Shown piece after piece: positions 63,657 to 64,000 of a stretch of DNA of 64,000 bases. The stretch is from Eledone cirrhosa. Taxonomy: Eukaryota. How positions within the stretch are numbered: position 1 is the stretch's first letter; each line of letters begins with the position of its first letter. The position numbers and the translations under genes were made by a program. Below the pieces are notes generated by a model. It was not told where the DNA came from, did not search any database, and saw nothing but the letters and a program-made list of their open reading frames with translations. The stretch lies in contig OZ024744.1 in assembly GCA_964016885.1 (NCBI GenBank), forward strand, positions 132,184,001-132,248,000, read 5' to 3'.

Positions 63657-64000
63657 GTTACGTTGGGGTTAAGTTAAGTTGGGGTTAAGTTGAGGTTAAG
63701 TTAAGTTGTGGTTAAGTTAAGTTGGGGCTAAGTTAAGTTGGGGCTAAGTTAAGTTGGGGTTAAGTTAAGTTGGGGTTAATTTAAGTTGGGGTTAGGTTAA
63801 GTTGGGGATAAGTTAAGTTGGGGATAAGTTAAGTTGGGGTTAAGTTAAGTTGGGTTTAAGTTAAGCTGGGGTTAAGTTAAGTTGGGGTTAAATTAAGTTG
63901 GGGTTAAGTTAAGTTTGGGTTAGGTTAAGTTGGGGATAAGTTAAGTTGGGGATAAGTTAAGTTGGGCTTAAGTTAAGTTGGGTTTAAGTTAAGTTGGGGT

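Larger units (their letters stand above)
1..64000 (+). repeat. Tandem satellite array, 16-bp monomer GGGGTTAAGTTAAGTT (TTAAG+TTAAG+TTGGGG), telomere-like, interrupted by AT-rich islands and inverted blocks
   Basis: GGGG runs recur every 16 bp (e.g. 1393 and 1409). The consensus is visible throughout, with point variants (TTAATTTAAG, TTAAATTAAG, TTGAG, GGGGAT, GGGGCT) and occasional 11-bp TTAAGTTGGGG units. It runs to both window edges. Confidence 0.98.

Noticed and set aside
1-64000. Protein-coding ORFs
   Set aside because: Two TTAA per monomer give TAA on both strands, and the 16-bp period cycles them through all frames. The islands are low-complexity and stop-rich.
1-64000. Canonical telomerase-synthesised terminal tract
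   Set aside because: Variants are numerous and copied in multi-kb order with embedded islands and inversions, unlike homogeneous newly added telomerase repeats.

Overview
The whole 64-kb window is non-coding, eukaryote-type satellite DNA. No CDS, RNA gene or CRISPR array can be supported. The matrix is a G-rich, strand-asymmetric 16-bp monomer, TTAAG-TTAAG-TTGGGG (roughly 3,400-3,500 copies), that resembles a compound telomeric repeat. Two recurring modules interrupt it. The first is seven AT-rich islands in three length classes (1619, 1394 and 822 bp). They are built from palindromic ~36-bp and ~46-bp subrepeats plus a ~256-bp fold-back core, and long and short islands strictly alternate. 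The second is eleven ~280-345-bp blocks in which the satellite is inverted (C-rich on +); these share the same two junctions. Shared variant monomers show hierarchical higher-order repetition at 208 bp, ~2 kb, ~3 kb, 9-14 kb and 14-20 kb offsets. The organism and chromosomal position cannot be determined from the window. Coordinates were counted by eye and may be off by a few bases.
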